The translations under genes were made by a program, and so were the position numbers. Shown in pieces: positions 1 through 8,509 of a stretch of DNA of 64,000 nucleotides. The notes under the pieces were generated by a model. That model was not told where the DNA came from and ran no database searches. It saw nothing but the letters and a program-made list of their open reading frames with translations. The stretch's first letter is position 1, and every line of letters starts with the position of its first letter. This DNA comes from Clostridia bacterium (GTDB lineage Bacteria > Bacillota > Clostridia > Christensenellales > QALW01), in assembly GCA_045594045.1 (NCBI GenBank), contig JAZNXV010000004.1, positions 1,610 to 65,609 of the forward strand, written 5' to 3'.

Positions 1-1179
1 CACGCTCACATTTCTCAAGAGCGCTGTATCGACTGCGGCGAATGTATAAGAGTATGTCCGCACAAAGCTAAAAAGGCAGTATGCTCTTCCCTTGACTCTA
101 TGAAACGGTTCAAGTGGAAAATAGCCTTACCTGCCCCGACTCTTTACGGTCAATTTGACAATCTTGACGATGTTGACCTTGTTCTTCAAGGTTTAAAGAA
201 AATTGGGTTTGATGATGTTTTTGAGGTTTCAAAGGCGGCGGAACTGGTTTCTGCCTACACCCGCCTTTACTTAAAAACCGACGGCATTAAAAAGCCGGCT
301 ATAAGCTCGGCCTGTCCTGCAGTTATACGCTTGATAGGTTTGCGCTTTCCTTCACTTAACGACCATATAATACATATGCTTCCGCCAATGGAGGTGGCCG
401 CAAAGCTTGCGCGCAAGCGTGCTCTTGAGGCGCACCCGGAATTAAAGGCCGAAGATATAGGCATATGCTTTATATCTCCCTGCCCCGCCAAAGCAAGCTA
501 CGTGAAAAACGGCTTTGCTACGTATAAAAGCGAGGTTGACGAGGTCGTTTCAATAAGCGATATCTATTTCCTTTTGATCAGTAAAATGAAGCAAGAGGAT
601 AATATTGATGCTTTAACCGAATCCGGTATGATCGGTATCGGTTGGGCGTCTTCAGGAGGAGAAGCTTCTGCAATATTTAACGAGGATTATCTTGCGGCAG
701 ACGGTATAAGCAACGTTATCCAGGTTCTTGACCAGATAGAAAACGGCAACGTTCCGCCTCTTGAGTTTATTGAGCTTAATGCTTGCACGGGCGGTTGCGT
801 AGGCGGAGTGCTCGCCATACAAAATCCGTTTGTTGCAAAGGCAAGGCTTCAAAGAGTTCGCAGATATCTTCCCGTTTCCCAAAACTTTTTGGACAGTAAA
901 AGCGACAGTTATATTCCCGACAGTTATATTTTCAACGATTTACCAGAATATCAGCCCATATCGCGTCTTAGCAGTAATATGGCTGAATCCATGCGAATGA
1001 TGGCGGATATTCAAAGGCTAAAAGAAAGCTTGCCCGGCATTGACTGCGGTTCCTGCGGTGCTCCCACCTGCAGAGCCTTTGCCGAGGACGTTGTTAAGAA
1101 AAACGCTTGCCTTGAAGACTGTCTGATTGCACTTGACAGGCTTTCTAAAGCGGAAAGGGACAAGAACAATGACGGTTAA
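1..1179 (+). CDS. [FeFe]-hydrogenase-like Fe-S protein, putative sensory type (M2e / group-D HydS-like); 5' end lies outside the window
   Basis: Frame 1 is open from nt 1 into the listed ORF 100..1179, with a CIDCGECIRVCP 4Fe-4S ferredoxin motif at nt 25-60. H-cluster-type motifs are present but altered: SSACPAV (canonical TSCCP, first Cys replaced by Ala), SPCPAK (MPCxxK) and ELNACTGGCVGG (ExMxCxxGCxxGG). There is an extra C-terminal Cys cluster CGSCGAPTC...ACLEDC. Confidence 0.8.
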   Translation, partial: HAHISQERCIDCGECIRVCPHKAKKAVCSSLDSMKRFKWKIALPAPTLYGQFDNLDDVDLVLQGLKKIGFDDVFEVSKAAELVSAYTRLYLKTDGIKKPAISSACPAVIRLIGLRFPSLNDHIIHMLPPMEVAAKLARKRALEAHPELKAEDIGICFISPCPAKASYVKNGFATYKSEVDEVVSISDIYFLLISKMKQEDNIDALTESGMIGIGWASSGGEASAIFNEDYLAADGISNVIQVLDQIENGNVPPLEFIELNACTGGCVGGVLAIQNPFVAKARLQRVRRYLPVSQNFLDSKSDSYIPDSYIFNDLPEYQPISRLSSNMAESMRMMADIQRLKESLPGIDCGSCGAPTCRAFAEDVVKKNACLEDCLIALDRLSKAERDKNNDG

Positions 1180-1501
1180 CGAGCTTGCAAAACGCTTAAA
1201 TTTAAACCAAATAGCTGTGTCTGATGCCGAAAGAGATGTTCAAGGCGCATATATTTGCGACCTTTTAAGCTGGGTTATAGGCAGAGCAAAGGAAAATGAT
1301 GCCTGGCTCACAATAATGACTAATGTCAACGTTGTTGCCGTTGCCTCTTTGGCGGACGTTTCTTGCGTTATTTTAGCTGAAGGCGTTGCTCTTGACCAAG
1401 ACGTTATCTCTTGTGCAGAGGATAAAGGCGTAAACGTGCTTTCCTCATCCTTACCCATGTACGAGCTTGCAACAAAGCTTAACGAGTGCCTAAATGAATA
1501 A
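1169..1501 (+). CDS. DRTGG domain protein
   Basis: ATG at 1169 (MTVNELAKRL..) lies inside listed ORF 1127..1501 and overlaps the upstream stop by 11 nt. The protein is about 110 aa with ..AWLTIMTNVNVVAVASLADVSCVILAEGVALDQDVISCAEDKGVNVLSS.., typical of DRTGG modules. Confidence 0.7.
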   Translation: MTVNELAKRLNLNQIAVSDAERDVQGAYICDLLSWVIGRAKENDAWLTIMTNVNVVAVASLADVSCVILAEGVALDQDVISCAEDKGVNVLSSSLPMYELATKLNECLNE

Positions 1502-2219
1502 GTACTATTACGATTTGCATTTGCACTCCTGCCTTTCGCCCTGTGGTGATGACGACAACACACCAAACAACTTAGCAGGCTTTGCAACCCTTTGCGGATT
1601 AAATATCGTTGCGCTTACTGACCACAACACAACAAAAAACTGTCCTGCCTTTTTTGAAGCCGCAAAAAAGCACGGTTTAATTCCCGTTGCAGGTATGGAA
1701 CTAACCACAAGTGAAGATATTCACGTAGTATGCCTATTTGAAACCTTGGAGGGCGCTATGGAATTTGATAAAGAAATCGACTCCAAGCGGATAAAGATTT
1801 TAAATAAGGAGCATATCTTCGGTTGCCAACTTATTTGTGACGGTGAAGACAATATAATAGGTAAAGACGAGTATCTTTTACCTAACGGCACAACAGTTTC
1901 CATTGAAGATGCACCTGAAATAGTATCTTCCTTCGGCGGCATTTGCTATCCTGCCCATATTGACAGACAAGCAAACGGCTTAATAAATATTTTAGGTACG
2001 TTTCCAAAACAAATCGGTTTTTCCTGTTTTGAGCTCCACGAAATTCAAAAGCAGCAGGAATACGTAAAAAAATACGGGCTTGAAAGTTTAATACCCATTA
2101 TAAGCTCTGACGCTCACTATTTAACAGATATGCGCGATAAAGAAGCTTTTTTTGAGCTTGACGATGAACCTTATTCAAGTGCCTTGGTGCGAAAAAAGCT
2201 TTTTGAAAAATTAAGGTAA
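1494..2219 (+). CDS. PHP-domain metal-dependent phosphoesterase
   Basis: 241-aa ORF whose start overlaps the upstream gene by 8 nt. It has an N-terminal YYDLHLHSCLSPCGDD (HxH) and ALTDHNT, hallmarks of PHP (polymerase and histidinol phosphatase) domains. Confidence 0.8.
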   Translation: MNKYYYDLHLHSCLSPCGDDDNTPNNLAGFATLCGLNIVALTDHNTTKNCPAFFEAAKKHGLIPVAGMELTTSEDIHVVCLFETLEGAMEFDKEIDSKRIKILNKEHIFGCQLICDGEDNIIGKDEYLLPNGTTVSIEDAPEIVSSFGGICYPAHIDRQANGLINILGTFPKQIGFSCFELHEIQKQQEYVKKYGLESLIPIISSDAHYLTDMRDKEAFFELDDEPYSSALVRKKLFEKLR

Positions 2220-2247
2220 TAAGAGTGCGACTCTTACGGTGAAAAAG

Positions 2248-2796
2248 ATGAAAGAGCTTTCCTTAAATATATTGGACATTACGGAGAATTCCGTTAAAGC
2301 AGGTGCTACAATCACAGAAATTTACATTGATGAAACCGACACCTCTCTTACCATAAAAATCGTTGACGACGGTTGCGGTATGAGCGAAGAAATGGTCGCA
2401 TCGGTAACCGACCCCTTTTGCACCACTCGTACCACCCGCAAGGTTGGGTTAGGGCTGCCGTTATTTAAAATGGCGGCAGAGCAAACAGGCGGCTCCCTTA
2501 ATATAACGTCCAAGCAAGCAAAAAATCCCGATGATTCTCACGGTACTACGGTTACCGCTACGTTTAACAAAAATCATTTTGATTTTACGCCTTTGGGCAA
2601 TGTTATTGAAACTGTCTTGACCTTAATACAAGGTCATCCCAATACCGATTTTTATTTTTCGCATAAAAAGGGTGATAAAGAGGTTTCGTTAGATACCCGC
2701 CAAATGCGGCAGGTGTTAGAGGGTCTGCCTCTGAACACTTACGAGGTTATAAAATGGACCGAAGATTGCTTATTTGAGCAGTATGACGGTTTTTAA
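2248..2796 (+). CDS. Stand-alone GHKL (histidine-kinase-like) ATPase, no DHp/His domain
   Basis: ORF 2239..2796 (GTG 2239 or ATG 2248). N box LNILDITENSVKAG, G1 DDGCGM and G2 GLGLPL are present. At about 180 aa there is no phosphoacceptor His domain, which resembles SpoIIAB/RsbW-type kinases in size. Confidence 0.75.
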   Translation: MKELSLNILDITENSVKAGATITEIYIDETDTSLTIKIVDDGCGMSEEMVASVTDPFCTTRTTRKVGLGLPLFKMAAEQTGGSLNITSKQAKNPDDSHGTTVTATFNKNHFDFTPLGNVIETVLTLIQGHPNTDFYFSHKKGDKEVSLDTRQMRQVLEGLPLNTYEVIKWTEDCLFEQYDGF

Positions 2797-2836
2797 AATT
2801 ATAAAAAATGTTTATAAAACAGAAAGGATAAAAAGT

Positions 2837-3208
2837 ATGAAATCATTAGCTGAACTCCAAGCCATTAAGGACAAGATGAAGAACAAGGTTGTTCTTCGCG
2901 AAGGAACAAGTGATGTTCGTGTAGTAGTTGGTATGGCTACTTGCGGTATTGCTGCAGGCGCACGTCCCGTTCTGAACACCTTTGTAGAAGAGGTTAATTC
3001 TTCTGCACTTGCCGGTAAAGTTTCCGTTTCACAGACAGGCTGCATTGGTATTTGCCAATTTGAGCCCGTTGTTGAGGTTTTCGAAGCCGGTAAAGAAAAA
3101 GTTACTTATGTAAAAATGACACCCGAAAAAGTTAAAGAGGTTGTTGAAAAACACCTTGTAGGCGGCAAAGTTATTACCGAATACACCATTGCTGCCAATA
3201 AGGCATAA
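2837..3208 (+). CDS. Small thioredoxin-like ferredoxin-fold hydrogenase subunit (HydD-like; not a canonical NuoE)
   Basis: ATG at 2837 is preceded by aaagga; MKSLAELQAIKDK.. lies inside listed ORF 2774..3208. The protein is 123 aa and resembles the N-terminal 2Fe-2S domain of the next gene but has only 3 Cys (ATC, TGC, GIC). Confidence 0.6.
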   Translation: MKSLAELQAIKDKMKNKVVLREGTSDVRVVVGMATCGIAAGARPVLNTFVEEVNSSALAGKVSVSQTGCIGICQFEPVVEVFEAGKEKVTYVKMTPEKVKEVVEKHLVGGKVITEYTIAANKA

Positions 3209-3227
3209 TAGCGGAGGTTTTTATATT

Positions 3228-5048
3228 ATGATTAGAGCTCACGTACTTATTTGCGGCGGTACAGGTTGTACCTCCTCAGGAAGTAAAAAAATCCAAGAGG
3301 CTTTTGAGCAGAATATTATTGCTAACGGCCTTGGTGAAGAAGTAAAAGTTGTTCAAACAGGCTGCTTCGGTCTTTGTGCACTCGGTCCTGTTGTTATCGT
3401 TTATCCCGACGGTACCTTCTACAGCCGTGTTACTCCCGAAGACGTTAAAGAAATCGTTGAAGAGCATCTTTTAAAGGGTCGTGTTGTTGAACGCCTTGTA
3501 TATAATGATACAGGTGACAACGAACCTGCAATTCCCGGCAGTGTTTCCCTTAGCGATACCGCTTTCTATAAATCACAGAAGCGTATCGTGCTTCGTAACT
3601 GCGGTGTTATCGACCCCGAAAACATCGAAGAATACATCGCTATGGACGGCTATGCTGCTTTAGGCAAAGTTTTAACAGAGATGACTCCTGATGACGTTAT
3701 TAAAGTTATCACCGATTCAGGTCTTCGCGGCCGTGGTGGCGGCGGCTTCCCCACAGGTAGAAAATGGGCGCTTACCGCTCCCAACAAGGCAGACCAGAAA
3801 TACGTTGTATGTAATGCTGACGAAGGCGACCCGGGTGCTTTCATGGACCGTTCCGTTTTGGAAGGTGACCCCCACTGCCTTATCGAAGCTATGACTATTG
3901 CAGGTTATGCTATCGGTGCAACTATCGGTTACGTTTACGTTCGTGCTGAATATCCTATCGCTGTTAAGCGTCTTCAGATTGCTATTGACCAAGCAAAAGA
4001 ATACGGCTTGTTAGGTAAGAACATCTTTGGTTCAGGTTTTGACTTTGACCTTTCCATCCGTCTTGGTGCAGGTGCATTCGTTTGCGGCGAAGAAACTGCT
4101 CTTATGACATCTATCGAAGGTAAGCGCGGTGAACCTCGTCCCCGTCCTCCGTATCCTGCTATTAAGGGTCTTTACGGAAAGCCCACAGTTGAAAATAACG
4201 TTGAAACCTTTGCTAACGTTCCCCAAATCATCTTAAACGGTGCTGACTGGTTCAAGAGCATGGGTACAGAAAAATCTACCGGTACAAAGATTTTCGCTTT
4301 AGGCGGTAAAATTGAGCACACAGGTCTTGTAGAAATTCCCATGGGTACTCCCTTAAGAGAAATTATCTACAATATTGGTGGCGGTATTCCTAACGGCAAA
4401 AAGTTCAAGGCTGTTCAAACAGGCGGTCCTTCCGGCGGATGTATTCCCGCTTCCTTAATCGACATCAGTGTTGACTATGACTCTCTTACCTCCATCGGCT
4501 GTATGATGGGCTCCGGCGGTATGATTGTTATGGACGAAGACAACTGTATGGTTGATATTGCAAAGTTCTTCCTTGAGTTCATTGTTGACGAATCCTGCGG
4601 TAAGTGCACACCCTGCCGTATCGGTACACGCCGTATGCTTGAGCTTCTTACCAAGATTACTGACGGTAAGGGTGAAGACGGTGATATCGAAAAGCTTGAA
4701 AACCTTGCTAACACAATCAAGGCTTCTTCACTTTGTGGCTTAGGTCAAACTGCACCTAACCCCGTACTTTCAACAATCCGTTTCTTCCGTGACGAATACG
4801 AAGCTCACATTTATAAGAAAGAATGTCCTGCTCACTACTGCAAGGCATTTGCAAAATATACTATTGACCGTGATAAGTGTATCGGCTGCGGTCTCTGCGC
4901 AAAGAACTGCCCCGTTAACGCTATCACAAGAACTGACTATATTGCCCCCGGCAAGAAGCTTGCTGCTTTTGCTATTGACACAGATAAGTGCATCAAGTGC
5001 GGTGCATGTATCGGCAACTGCAAATTCAAGGCAATAGACGTTAAATAA
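3228..5048 (+). CDS. hydB: NuoF-like flavoprotein subunit of NAD(P)H-linked / bifurcating-type [FeFe] hydrogenase
   Basis: ATG at 3228 follows a GGAGG RBS. The protein has an N-terminal thioredoxin-like 2Fe-2S domain (CGGTGC..TGCFGLC), the FMN/NADH site GLRGRGGGGFPTGRKW, the 4Fe-4S motif SLCGLGQTAPNP, and C-terminal 2x4Fe-4S motifs CIGCGLCAKNCP and CIKCGACIGNC. Confidence 0.9.
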   Translation: MIRAHVLICGGTGCTSSGSKKIQEAFEQNIIANGLGEEVKVVQTGCFGLCALGPVVIVYPDGTFYSRVTPEDVKEIVEEHLLKGRVVERLVYNDTGDNEPAIPGSVSLSDTAFYKSQKRIVLRNCGVIDPENIEEYIAMDGYAALGKVLTEMTPDDVIKVITDSGLRGRGGGGFPTGRKWALTAPNKADQKYVVCNADEGDPGAFMDRSVLEGDPHCLIEAMTIAGYAIGATIGYVYVRAEYPIAVKRLQIAIDQAKEYGLLGKNIFGSGFDFDLSIRLGAGAFVCGEETALMTSIEGKRGEPRPRPPYPAIKGLYGKPTVENNVETFANVPQIILNGADWFKSMGTEKSTGTKIFALGGKIEHTGLVEIPMGTPLREIIYNIGGGIPNGKKFKAVQTGGPSGGCIPASLIDISVDYDSLTSIGCMMGSGGMIVMDEDNCMVDIAKFFLEFIVDESCGKCTPCRIGTRRMLELLTKITDGKGEDGDIEKLENLANTIKASSLCGLGQTAPNPVLSTIRFFRDEYEAHIYKKECPAHYCKAFAKYTIDRDKCIGCGLCAKNCPVNAITRTDYIAPGKKLAAFAIDTDKCIKCGACIGNCKFKAIDVK

Positions 5049-5069
5049 TTGGGTAGGAGGTAATATAAA

Positions 5070-6827
5070 ATGGATAAAAAGATGATTAACTTAACCATTG
5101 ACGGTATTAACGTTACCGTTGAAGAAGGCACAACCGTTCTTGAAGCTGCAAAGCAGGCAAAAATTACTATTCCTACACTTTGCTACTTAAAGGGCGTTAA
5201 CCAAATCGGTGCTTGCCGTATTTGTATGGTAGAAATTGAAGGTGCAAGAGGTCTTGCCGCTGCTTGCGTTATGCCTGTAGGCGAGGGTATGAATGTTAAA
5301 ACAAACACTCCCAAGCTTCGTCAGGTAAGAAAAGACAATCTTGGCTTGTTGCTTTCAAACCACAACAGAGAATGTACAACCTGCGTTCGTTCAGGCTCTT
5401 GCGAGCTTCAAACACTTTGTAACGAATACGGTGTTTCTGAAATCACATACGCAGGTGCAAAAACCTTCTCACCTGATTGTATTGATGACGTTTCTCCTTC
5501 AATCGTTCGCGATAACAGCAAATGTATCCATTGCCGCCGTTGTATCGCCGCTTGCCAGAACATTCAAAAAATCGGCGCAATCGGCATGAGCAAGCGTGGC
5601 TTCAACTCAACCGTTGGTGCTGCATTTAACGTTTCTTTGGCGGACAGCCCCTGCGTAAACTGCGGTCAATGTATTGAAGCTTGTCCCGTTGGCGCACTTC
5701 ACGAAAAGAGTGAAATCGACAATGTTTGGGAAGCTCTTGCAGATAAGGACAAGTTCGTTTGCATTCAGCCCGCTCCTGCTGTACGTGCTTCCTTAGGTGA
5801 AGAATTCGGTCTTCCCATCGGCACAGGCGTTACAGGCAAAATGGTTGCTTCAATGCGTCGTCTTGGTTTTGACAGAGTTTTTGATACCGATTTCGGTGCT
5901 GACCTTACCATTATGGAAGAAGGAACAGAGCTTTTAAACCGTATTAAAAACGGTGGAGTTCTTCCTATGATTACATCCTGCTCTCCCGGCTGGATTACTT
6001 ACTGTGAAAAATTCTTCCCTGAGTTTATTCCTAACCTTTCTTCCTGCAAGTCACCTCACGAAATGACAGGTGCTATGATTAAATCATACTACGCAGAGAA
6101 GATGGGCGTTGACCCCAAGAATATCTACGTTGTTTCCGTTATGCCCTGTACTGCTAAAAAGTACGAAGCACAGCGCGAAGAGCTTGTTACCAACGGCTTA
6201 AGAGACGTTGATGCTGTTCTTACCGTTCGCGAATACGCAAAGATGGTTAAAACTGCAGGTATTGACTTTGTTTCTCTTGACGACGAGGATTTTGACAGCA
6301 TGCTTGGTGAATCCACAGGTGCAGGCGTTATTTTCGGTACAACAGGCGGTGTTATGGAAGCCGCTCTTCGTACAGTTTACGAAGTAGTTACAAAGAAAGA
6401 ATTAACCGACGTTAACTTTAACGCTGTTCGTGGCTTTGACGGTATTAAGGAAGCTGAAATTGACCTTGACGGCACTATCGTAAAGGTAGCCGTTGTTCAC
6501 GGTACAGGTAATGCAGAAAAGCTTCTTAACGCTATTAAGGCAGGCGAAAAGGATTACACCTTTATCGAAGTTATGTGCTGCCCCGGCGGTTGTATCACAG
6601 GTGGCGGTCAGCCCATCGTTGATGCAAAAACTCAGATGAGCGTTAACGTTAAAGAGCTTCGTGCAAAAGTTCTTTACGGCGAAGATGCTGCAAAGGCAAA
6701 GAGAAAATCTCACGAAAATGCCGAAGTTAAGGCTGTTTATGATGAGTTCCTTGGCGAGCCCAACAGTCATAAGGCTCACGAGCTTCTTCATACAACCTAC
6801 AGCGCAAAGCCTAAATTTAGCAAATAA
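5070..6827 (+). CDS. hydA: [FeFe] hydrogenase catalytic subunit (multi-domain, group A type)
   Basis: 585 aa. It has an N-terminal plant-type 2Fe-2S domain (CYLKG..GACRICMVEI), a His-ligated cluster (HNRECTTCVRSGSCELQ) and two 4Fe-4S motifs. H-domain motifs are TSCSPGW, VMPCTAKKYE and EVMCCPGGCITGGGQP. There is a C-terminal small-subunit-like tail. Confidence 0.9.
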   Translation: MDKKMINLTIDGINVTVEEGTTVLEAAKQAKITIPTLCYLKGVNQIGACRICMVEIEGARGLAAACVMPVGEGMNVKTNTPKLRQVRKDNLGLLLSNHNRECTTCVRSGSCELQTLCNEYGVSEITYAGAKTFSPDCIDDVSPSIVRDNSKCIHCRRCIAACQNIQKIGAIGMSKRGFNSTVGAAFNVSLADSPCVNCGQCIEACPVGALHEKSEIDNVWEALADKDKFVCIQPAPAVRASLGEEFGLPIGTGVTGKMVASMRRLGFDRVFDTDFGADLTIMEEGTELLNRIKNGGVLPMITSCSPGWITYCEKFFPEFIPNLSSCKSPHEMTGAMIKSYYAEKMGVDPKNIYVVSVMPCTAKKYEAQREELVTNGLRDVDAVLTVREYAKMVKTAGIDFVSLDDEDFDSMLGESTGAGVIFGTTGGVMEAALRTVYEVVTKKELTDVNFNAVRGFDGIKEAEIDLDGTIVKVAVVHGTGNAEKLLNAIKAGEKDYTFIEVMCCPGGCITGGGQPIVDAKTQMSVNVKELRAKVLYGEDAAKAKRKSHENAEVKAVYDEFLGEPNSHKAHELLHTTYSAKPKFSK

Positions 6828-6846
6828 TAATTAAAATAATAAAAGG

Positions 6847-6875
6847 CAGAACCGAGCAATCGGTTCTGTTTTTTT
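6847..6875 (+). terminator. Rho-independent terminator of the hydrogenase operon
   Basis: 9-bp stem cagaaccga/tcggttctg with a 4-nt loop, followed by T7 (6869-6875), 20 nt after the hydA double stop. Confidence 0.8.
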
Positions 6876-6966
6876 ACAATTTTTCCTTATTGTTTTAAAA
6901 TTAAAAGGTCTTTTATTTATTTCTTATTTTTTTGCAATATTTTTACAAATTTTTTTGCTTTTATTA

Positions 6967-6995
6967 TTGACTTTACTTTCTCAATATTGTAAAAT
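6967..6995 (+). promoter_or_regulatory. Predicted sigma-A type promoter for 7048..8490
   Basis: TTGACT (6967-6972), 17-nt spacer, TAAAAT (6990-6995), in an AT-rich intergenic region. Confidence 0.45.
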
Positions 6996-7047
6996 TAAGT
7001 TAAGAGCGAATGCTCAACAAATTAAGATGTTTTAAGGAGTTAAAACT

Positions 7048-8490
7048 ATGATTAACATTGGAAAAAACAGAGAACTCTTCGTTGACGATTATTTACTTGA
7101 CAGCGAAAAAACCACAGCAGAGAGAAGACTTAACCAACCCGTTAAGCGCGAAGCAGTTTTCACCTTTGACGCCCCTTGGGAAAGCTTTTTGAACACAGGT
7201 TATCAGAACATTGTTCGTAAGCCCGACGGCACATATTTAATGTACTATAAGTGCTGGCATCACGGCAAAGAGCCCTGGAGCGACACAGCTCGCGGTCTTC
7301 GCCACGTTGGCGTTATTGAAAGTAAAGACGGTATTAACTGGACCCGTCCTTCCCTCGACATAAACCTTATTTTCAAAAACTCCAACCTTGTTTCAACTGA
7401 CCTTAACTATGATAATTTCTTCGTTTTCTACGATACAAACCCCAACTGCCCTGAAAACGAAAGATATAAATATCTTGCGGGTGAATGGAATAACGGCCTT
7501 TACGGCGGAACGTCACCTGACGGTTTTAATTTCAAATTCCATAACAGAGATACAAAGGAAGGCAGACTTTTAAGTAACGCTGAGACCAGCTGCCACTTTG
7601 ATACACTTAATATCGCATTCTTCAAGGACGGTTTATATCACGCCTACTTCCGCGGTCTCCACAGAGGCAACGACTACTATCCTGAAGTTCACTCCGATAA
7701 CGACCGCACAATCATCCGTGATATTCGCCACGCAGTAAGTAAGGATTTCTGGCATTGGGATACTATCGAATTCCTTCAGTATGACGATGAGTACGATTAC
7801 GAAATGTACACCAACGGTATTATTCCCTATTACCGTGCTCCTCAAATCTTAACAGCACTTCCTACAAGATATTATGCCCGCGAAGGTTGGCCTACCTCCT
7901 TTGACCGTATGTATGACCCCGAAGGCAGAAAATCTCTCGGACGCAATACTTCTTTAGGTGACAGTATCTTTATGGTATCACGTGACTACGTAAATTTCCA
8001 CAGATACAACGAAGCTTTCCTTGCAATCGGTCCTGAAGGTGCTACAAACTGGCACTACGGCGATTGCTACGTTTGCCCCGACATTATTGAAACTCCCACT
8101 GCTATCAACTGCTTCGATCCTGAGCTTTCACTTTATTGCCACGAAACAACGGCAGACGGTGTAGATCATCTTTTCAGATACTCCTTGCGCATTGACGGCT
8201 TCGTTTCAATGGAATCCAACCGCGACACCAAGAAGGTTGTTACAAAGCCCTTCGTTTACGACGGAAGCGAGTTAGTTCTTAACTTCGCTACATCTGCTTT
8301 GGGCAACATTTATATAAAGATTGAGGCTACTGACGGCTCTAAAGCAATTACCTCCTGCGAAATCTTCGGTGATAAGGTTGACAGACCTATCGACTTTGTT
8401 GATGGTAGTGTGGCTGACCTTGCAGGCAAGGAAGTTGTTATGACCATTGAGCTTTGCGAGGCAAAGGTTTACTCCTTTAAATTTAACTAA
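7048..8490 (+). CDS. Uncharacterised cytoplasmic protein, tentatively a beta-propeller glycoside-hydrolase-like fold with a C-terminal beta-sandwich
   Basis: 480-aa ORF with a GGAG RBS and no signal peptide. The N-terminal pattern is ELFVDDYLLD..L.QP.K......D.PWE....Y.N......G.YLMYY.......ESKDGINWTRPSL. The C-terminal pattern is LRIDGFVS...VVTKPF..DGSELVLNFATSALGNIYIKIE...GK.VVMTIEL.EAKVYSFKF. As I recall it, this resembles GH32/43-clan-like hypothetical glycosidases. Confidence 0.45.
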   Translation: MINIGKNRELFVDDYLLDSEKTTAERRLNQPVKREAVFTFDAPWESFLNTGYQNIVRKPDGTYLMYYKCWHHGKEPWSDTARGLRHVGVIESKDGINWTRPSLDINLIFKNSNLVSTDLNYDNFFVFYDTNPNCPENERYKYLAGEWNNGLYGGTSPDGFNFKFHNRDTKEGRLLSNAETSCHFDTLNIAFFKDGLYHAYFRGLHRGNDYYPEVHSDNDRTIIRDIRHAVSKDFWHWDTIEFLQYDDEYDYEMYTNGIIPYYRAPQILTALPTRYYAREGWPTSFDRMYDPEGRKSLGRNTSLGDSIFMVSRDYVNFHRYNEAFLAIGPEGATNWHYGDCYVCPDIIETPTAINCFDPELSLYCHETTADGVDHLFRYSLRIDGFVSMESNRDTKKVVTKPFVYDGSELVLNFATSALGNIYIKIEATDGSKAITSCEIFGDKVDRPIDFVDGSVADLAGKEVVMTIELCEAKVYSFKFN

Positions 8491-8509
8491 TAAGCTATAA
8501 GCATTAAAG

